Shown here: positions 57,556-64,000 of the stretch, piece by piece
How the letters are laid out: every line of letters begins with the position of its first letter
How positions within the stretch are numbered: the first letter of the stretch is position 1
NCBI GenBank assembly: GCA_963778655.1
Contig: CAVZVA010000005.1
Location: 320,001 to 384,000 of the forward strand
DNA: 64,000 nucleotides
Direction: 5' to 3'
Origin: an uncultured delta proteobacterium
Lineage (GTDB): Bacteria > Myxococcota_A > Polyangia > Polyangiales > JAFGIB01
Translations under genes and position numbers: made by a program
Notes under the pieces: model-generated
Told to the model about the DNA's origin: nothing
Databases searched by the model: none
What the model saw: the letters and a program-made list of their open reading frames with translations, nothing else

Positions 57556-58845
57556 ATGCCGGCCGCCCGCCGCCGCGCCTTTGCCATGCTGTTGATCGGG
57601 GCCGCGCTGTCCGGCTCGCTGATCGCGCTGGCGGCTCCCGGCGGCACCCGCGCGCCCGCAGCGGCGCCCAGGGCGCTCGAGCAGGCCTCGGCGTTGGCGA
57701 TCGGTCGCGCCGCGGCCAGCCAGTCACCCACAGAGGGCTTCGACCCGCTGGCTCAGCGCCTCGACGGCGACATGCTGGTCTCGGACCTGCCCGGCGGCCG
57801 CCGGGCCGAGCTCACGCTCGAGCCGGGGTTGCAGGCGCATCTGCTCAAGGTGCTGCGCGACTATGACGTGCCCTTCGGCGCGATCGTGGCGCTCGAGCCC
57901 AAGAGCGGCCGCGTGCTGGCGTATGTGAGCCGCTCCAGCGCCAACCCCCAAGCCGGCGACCTGGCCCGCGACGTCTCGGCGCCGAGCGCCTCGGTCTTCA
58001 AGCTGGTGACGGCGGCAGCGTTGCTCGAGGCCGGGGTCAGCCCGCAGCAGCGCACCTGCTACCACGGCGGCTTTCACAGCGTGAGCCTGGCCAACCTCGA
58101 GGACAATCCCGCGCGCGATCGCCAGTGCGCCACGCTGGAAGAGGCGATCGCACGCTCGCTCAACGTGGTGATAGCCAAGCTGGCCGACCGCAAGCTCGAT
58201 CGCGCCACGCTCGCGCGCTATGCCGATGCGTTCGGCTTCGGACGCGCGCTGCCCTTCGACGTGCCCACCCAGCCGAGCCCGGCCGAGGTGCCCGCGGAAC
58301 GGCTGGAGCTCGCGCGCACCGCCGCCGGCTTCTGGCACATGCACATGTCGCCGCTGCACGGCGCGCTGATCGCGGCGACCATCGCCAACGGCGGCGTGAT
58401 GCCGCGGGCGGCGATGATCGAGCGCGTGCTCGACGCGCAGGGCAAGGTGCTCTACACGCGCGCGCCGGGGCCCACGCGCAACGTGATCGCCGCCGGCACC
58501 GCGCAGACGCTGGCGCAGATGATGCGCGGCACGGTCACGCACGGAACCGCGCACAACGCGTTCTACGACAGGCGCGGGCGTCCGCTGCTGCGCGACATCG
58601 CGGTGGCTGGCAAGACCGGCTCGCTGAGCTCGCAGCAGCCCTACCGCGCCTATTCGTGGTGGGTGGGCTTCGCGCCCGCGGACGCGCCCGAGATCGCGCT
58701 GGCGGCGCTGGTCGTCAACACGCCGCGCTGGCGCATCAAGGGCAGCCACCTCGCGCGCGAGGCCCTGCGCTACCAGTTGATCGAACGCAAGGTCCAGCAA
58801 GCCGCCTCTGCGCTCGCGCCGGTCCCCCCCGCCGCCGCCCCGTAG
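57556..58845 (+). CDS. penicillin-binding transpeptidase-domain protein
   Basis: N-terminal TM; SVFK (SxxK), SLN (SxN) and KTG motifs. Confidence 0.88.
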   Translation: MPAARRRAFAMLLIGAALSGSLIALAAPGGTRAPAAAPRALEQASALAIGRAAASQSPTEGFDPLAQRLDGDMLVSDLPGGRRAELTLEPGLQAHLLKVLRDYDVPFGAIVALEPKSGRVLAYVSRSSANPQAGDLARDVSAPSASVFKLVTAAALLEAGVSPQQRTCYHGGFHSVSLANLEDNPARDRQCATLEEAIARSLNVVIAKLADRKLDRATLARYADAFGFGRALPFDVPTQPSPAEVPAERLELARTAAGFWHMHMSPLHGALIAATIANGGVMPRAAMIERVLDAQGKVLYTRAPGPTRNVIAAGTAQTLAQMMRGTVTHGTAHNAFYDRRGRPLLRDIAVAGKTGSLSSQQPYRAYSWWVGFAPADAPEIALAALVVNTPRWRIKGSHLAREALRYQLIERKVQQAASALAPVPPAAAP

Positions 58846-58872
58846 CTCGCACGGGATTGGGAAGTTTCGAGA

Positions 58873-58934
58873 TTCAACAGGAAGACGGCAAGGCGGAAAG
58901 AGGGAATTTGTTCTGACTTCCCGTCTTGCTGTGA
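58873..58934. repeat. REP-like palindromic repeat, copy H
   Basis: TTCAAC-AGGAAGAC-GGCAAGGC-GGAAAG [16 nt] CTTCCC-GTCTTGCT-GTGA. Confidence 0.82.
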
Positions 58935-58947
58935 TCTCTGGATCCGT

Positions 58948-59991
58948 TCACCCCAGCGCCTGGCGCGCTGCTTCGACCGTGAGCAGGCCGGCGCCGACCA
59001 GCTGGCGCATATGCATCTCGAAGGTCTGCATACCGTAAGGGTGCACGCCGCGCTCCATCACTTCCTTGAGCGGCGTGTTGCCCTCGGGCTTGCGAATCGA
59101 CTCGCGCGCGGTGCCGGTGACCACCAGCGCCTCGCACGCCAGCACGCGGCCCTCGCCGCTGGCCGCCGGCAGCAGGCGCTGCGCCATCACGCCCTTGAGG
59201 TTGTCGGCCAGCCGCTCGCGCACGTCGGCCGGGTCGGAGTTCGTGGCCAGCGACACCACGCGCCCGATCGTGCGTGCCACGTCCGGCGTGTGCAGCGTCG
59301 CCAGCACCAGGTGGCCGGTCTCGGCGGCCTTGAGCGCGATGTCCATGGTCTCTTCGTCGCGCACCTCGCCCAGCAGGATCACGTCCGGGTCCTGGCGCAG
59401 CGCCGAGCGCAACGCGGTGGCGAAATCCGGCGTATCCAGGCCAATCTCGCGCTGCGACACGGTGGCCAGCATGTCCTGGTGCAGGAACTCGATCGGATCC
59501 TCGATGGTGACGATGTGCACGCGCTGATTCTGGTTGAGGTGTCCGATCATGGAGGCCAGCGTCGAGGACTTGCCGTTGCCGGCGGCGCCCACCACCAGCA
59601 CCAGGCCACGCTCGAGCTCGCACAGCGAGCGCGCGACCGGCGGCAGCCCGAGCTGCTCGAAGCTCGGGATCTGCAGCGGGATGCTGCGCAGCGCCAGCGC
59701 CAGCGTGCCGCGCTGGCGGTATACGTTGACGCGGTAGCGGCCGACCCCAGACACCGTGTAGGCGGTGTCGTGCTCCATCAGCTCCGAGAGCTCTCCGCGG
59801 TGGCGGTGGGTCTGGCGCAGCACGATTTCCGCCAGCGCCTGGGTGTGCTCCGGCCGCAGCTTTTCGCCCTGCAAATAGTGCAGCGCGCCCGAGACGCGGA
59901 ACGCCGGCGGCTGGCCGACCTTGAACAGCGCGTCGCTCGCCTTGTACTTGGCGCCGCGCAGCAACAGATCGTGAAAGGTCGCCTCGTCCAT
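58948..59991 (-). CDS. pilT: PilT/PilU-family type IV pilus ATPase paralog
   Basis: ASD, RYRVNVYRQRG, GNGKSS, TIEDPIE, ALRQDPDVI, GEVRD, AAETGHLV, TLHT, GMQTF. Confidence 0.88.
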   Translation of the reverse strand: MDEATFHDLLLRGAKYKASDALFKVGQPPAFRVSGALHYLQGEKLRPEHTQALAEIVLRQTHRHRGELSELMEHDTAYTVSGVGRYRVNVYRQRGTLALALRSIPLQIPSFEQLGLPPVARSLCELERGLVLVVGAAGNGKSSTLASMIGHLNQNQRVHIVTIEDPIEFLHQDMLATVSQREIGLDTPDFATALRSALRQDPDVILLGEVRDEETMDIALKAAETGHLVLATLHTPDVARTIGRVVSLATNSDPADVRERLADNLKGVMAQRLLPAASGEGRVLACEALVVTGTARESIRKPEGNTPLKEVMERGVHPYGMQTFEMHMRQLVGAGLLTVEAARQALG

Positions 59992-60067
59992 GGGGTCGCG
60001 CCCGCCCAAGTATATGCGAGTGGCGCAGCGGCCGTCACCGCCTCGTTGGCAGTGGCCCCGAGGGCGA

Positions 60068-60120
60068 TTCAACGGGAAGACGGGAAGAGGAAATGGACTC
60101 GGGCTTCCGTCTTCCTGTGA
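60068..60120. repeat. REP-like palindromic repeat, copy I
   Basis: TTCAAC-GGGAAGAC-GGGAAG [16 nt] CTTCC-GTCTTCCT-GTGA. Confidence 0.82.
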
Positions 60121-60157
60121 GCTTCGGTGATCCTGCCCGAGGCGGGACTGGCGCCCC

Positions 60158-61075
60158 TCACTTGTCCTTTTCGCGGACCACGAACGTGTTCATGTGCTCC
60201 TGGTCCTCGAACTTGTGGCGGTAGGCTTCGGCCTGCTCGTGCGTCTTGAACGGGCCGATGCGCACGCGCCAGTAGCGCCCCCGGTCCGGCACGTCGGCGG
60301 CGACCACGAACGCCATGTGGCCCTTGGCGCGCAGCCCCTCGGCGAAGGCGCGCGAGGGCTCGGGCTTGTCGAAGCTCACCACCTGCAGCGTGTACTCACC
60401 CTCGTGCCCGTGCGGCGCCGCGGGCTTGGGATCGTCGTTGTGGATGGCCGCGGCCACCAGCGGGTCGTGCTCGACCACCTTGCGCAGGCTGCGCGCGCCC
60501 GAGCCCGCCGCCAGCGCGGCCGGGATGTTGGCGACCATCTCCTCCTCGGTGACGCTGTCGGCCGAGGCGGCCGGCGCCGGGGGCTCCGCGTCCCGGCCTG
60601 TGGCGGGGGCCTGCGCTTGCGCGAGCTCGCCCTGGTCGGCCTCGCCAGCTGCCGGCGCGGCCGGTTGGGCGGCTGCCGGTACGGCTGCCTGCGCCACGGG
60701 CGCCTCGTCGGCCGCGCCGGTGCTCGGCGCAAGCGCGGCCTCCTCGGCCGCGGCGGCCTTGAGCGCGGCCAGCACTTCGGGGCGGTCTTCATCTTCGGCC
60801 AGCGCGTTGGGGAAGGTGAGGTCGGCGGCCTCGACCGTGGGTGCCGGCGCGTGCGCCTGCTTCGGCGCGCTGTCCGCGGTCTTGAGCTGCTCGAGCTTGG
60901 CCAGCGGGTCGTCGACCGGCGCGGGCGCCTGCGCGGCACGTCCGACCACCACGCCGAGCGCCAGGGTCAGCCCCACGATTGCGGCGGCGGCCATCAGCAT
61001 CGTGCCCAGGCGGCGGGCGCGGTCATCGCCTTCGTCTTCCTGGATCTGGTCCAGATCTCGTACGCAGTTGTCCAT
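60158..61075 (-). CDS. SPOR-domain membrane protein
   Basis: GGAGG RBS, N-terminal TM, Ala/Pro linker, YTLQVVSF...YWRVRIGPF. Confidence 0.88.
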   Translation of the reverse strand: MDNCVRDLDQIQEDEGDDRARRLGTMLMAAAAIVGLTLALGVVVGRAAQAPAPVDDPLAKLEQLKTADSAPKQAHAPAPTVEAADLTFPNALAEDEDRPEVLAALKAAAAEEAALAPSTGAADEAPVAQAAVPAAAQPAAPAAGEADQGELAQAQAPATGRDAEPPAPAASADSVTEEEMVANIPAALAAGSGARSLRKVVEHDPLVAAAIHNDDPKPAAPHGHEGEYTLQVVSFDKPEPSRAFAEGLRAKGHMAFVVAADVPDRGRYWRVRIGPFKTHEQAEAYRHKFEDQEHMNTFVVREKDK

Positions 61076-61184
61076 GACCGCCTCCGCGTGTCGCTGAATC
61101 TGCGCAGGGACGCGCGAAGGGGTCAAAAAAGCTGCCGGCCTGAGCGCGCGTGCCGCGCCGCAGCGCTTGGCGGCCGCGCGCCCG

Positions 61185-61532
61185 CTACTTCGGCACGCTG
61201 AGCATGCGTGGGGCCGGGGTCTCGAAGAACTGCCACACGCGGATCGAATCGCCGGAGTGCGCGGCGATCTGGGCCTGGAAGCGGCAGCTTTGGTCGCAGC
61301 CCGTGTCCGGGCTGGTCACGATCAGCCCCTGCAGGGTGGCTTCGTTCAGGACGCCGACCGAGGCGCCCTCCTCGGCGTGGCCCTTGACCAGGACCAAACC
61401 CTCGGCATCGGGAGCGACCAGCGGGTCCACGTCGGGAGGCGGCAAGGGCAGGGTGCGGGTCGTGCAGCCCGCCAGCTGAAGCGCAAGCCCCAGCAGCGCC
61501 AGCGATCCTCCTAGCGATGCTCTGCTGACCAT
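61185..61532 (-). CDS. small hypothetical lipoprotein
   Basis: Lipobox LAGC, then LPLPPP and an Ig-like beta-rich domain. Confidence 0.7.
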   Translation of the reverse strand: MVSRASLGGSLALLGLALQLAGCTTRTLPLPPPDVDPLVAPDAEGLVLVKGHAEEGASVGVLNEATLQGLIVTSPDTGCDQSCRFQAQIAAHSGDSIRVWQFFETPAPRMLSVPK

Positions 61533-61956
61533 TCAGACGCTCCTGTCCGGCCGTTGATCACGCAAGTCTGATGCCACCCCCAGGGAGTCGGGCTGAGGGC
61601 TCAGATTGTTCAGGAATTCAGCACGCCCGGGGTCCGGGCACAACCCCGGACCTTGCAACCCGGTTGACCGCCTCGCCAACAAGGTTGGCGCCTCCAGGTC
61701 CGTGCCAGGCTGGGGGCCCATGTGGTAGCTTGCGCCGCACCTGCGCTGCAGGGGCACCTAGCCCATCAGCTCGTAAGTCCGTTCCGGCCTTCCGAACCGA
61801 TGCTCCCTAGGTCCTGTTGTTATCGGGGGCGGCATGCGCTGCCCCCGCCCCCGCCCACCGCGGCAAGGCCGCGTGGGCCCCACCCCACGCGAACTTCCTC
61901 TCGAGCAGCACCGCTGCGACAACCCGGAACGAGCTTCCGATCTGCGGTAGTAGCCT

Positions 61957-64000
<2,044 letters not shown>

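Noticed and set aside
58872..60120. Palindromic repeats read as integron attC sites (ATTCAAC fits RYYYAAC in copies H and I)
   Set aside because: Right ends are GTGA, not GTTRRRY; the flanked genes are housekeeping-type in mixed orientation; no integrase is present

Overview
A 64 kb, very GC-rich and densely coding bacterial chromosome segment. The gene content suggests Myxococcota, probably a Polyangia-like lineage (inference): Cys-rich lipoproteins, Ser/Thr kinases with DUF4388/GYF-type modules, a BsgA-like Lon and a PilT paralog. It is mostly housekeeping: tatD, yggX, hisHF, mgtE, aroC, prlC, thiD, a topoisomerase IV-like A+B pair, guaB/guaA split by an RND pump, pfkA, rlmB, a DEAD-box helicase, a two-component system, gpsA, lon and a 3'-truncated gyrA that the ORF track misses. 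I saw no tRNA, rRNA, CRISPR array, transposase or integrase. The main unexplained signal is a dispersed palindromic repeat with nine copies. Its arms are tandem RGGAAGRC octamers around an unrelated spacer that is exactly 18 nt in four copies, and it occupies runs of consecutive intergenic gaps. Other candidates are a TraB-like OmpA/TSP3 gene coupled to a Cys-repeat lipoprotein, a pseudokinase-GYF-TM-TonB_C-like protein next to an orphan SctJ ring lipoprotein, a kinase with an MshEN-like c-di-GMP motif, and a recurring leaderless-promoter signature. All calls come from reading motifs by eye; no searches were run and several start codons are estimates.
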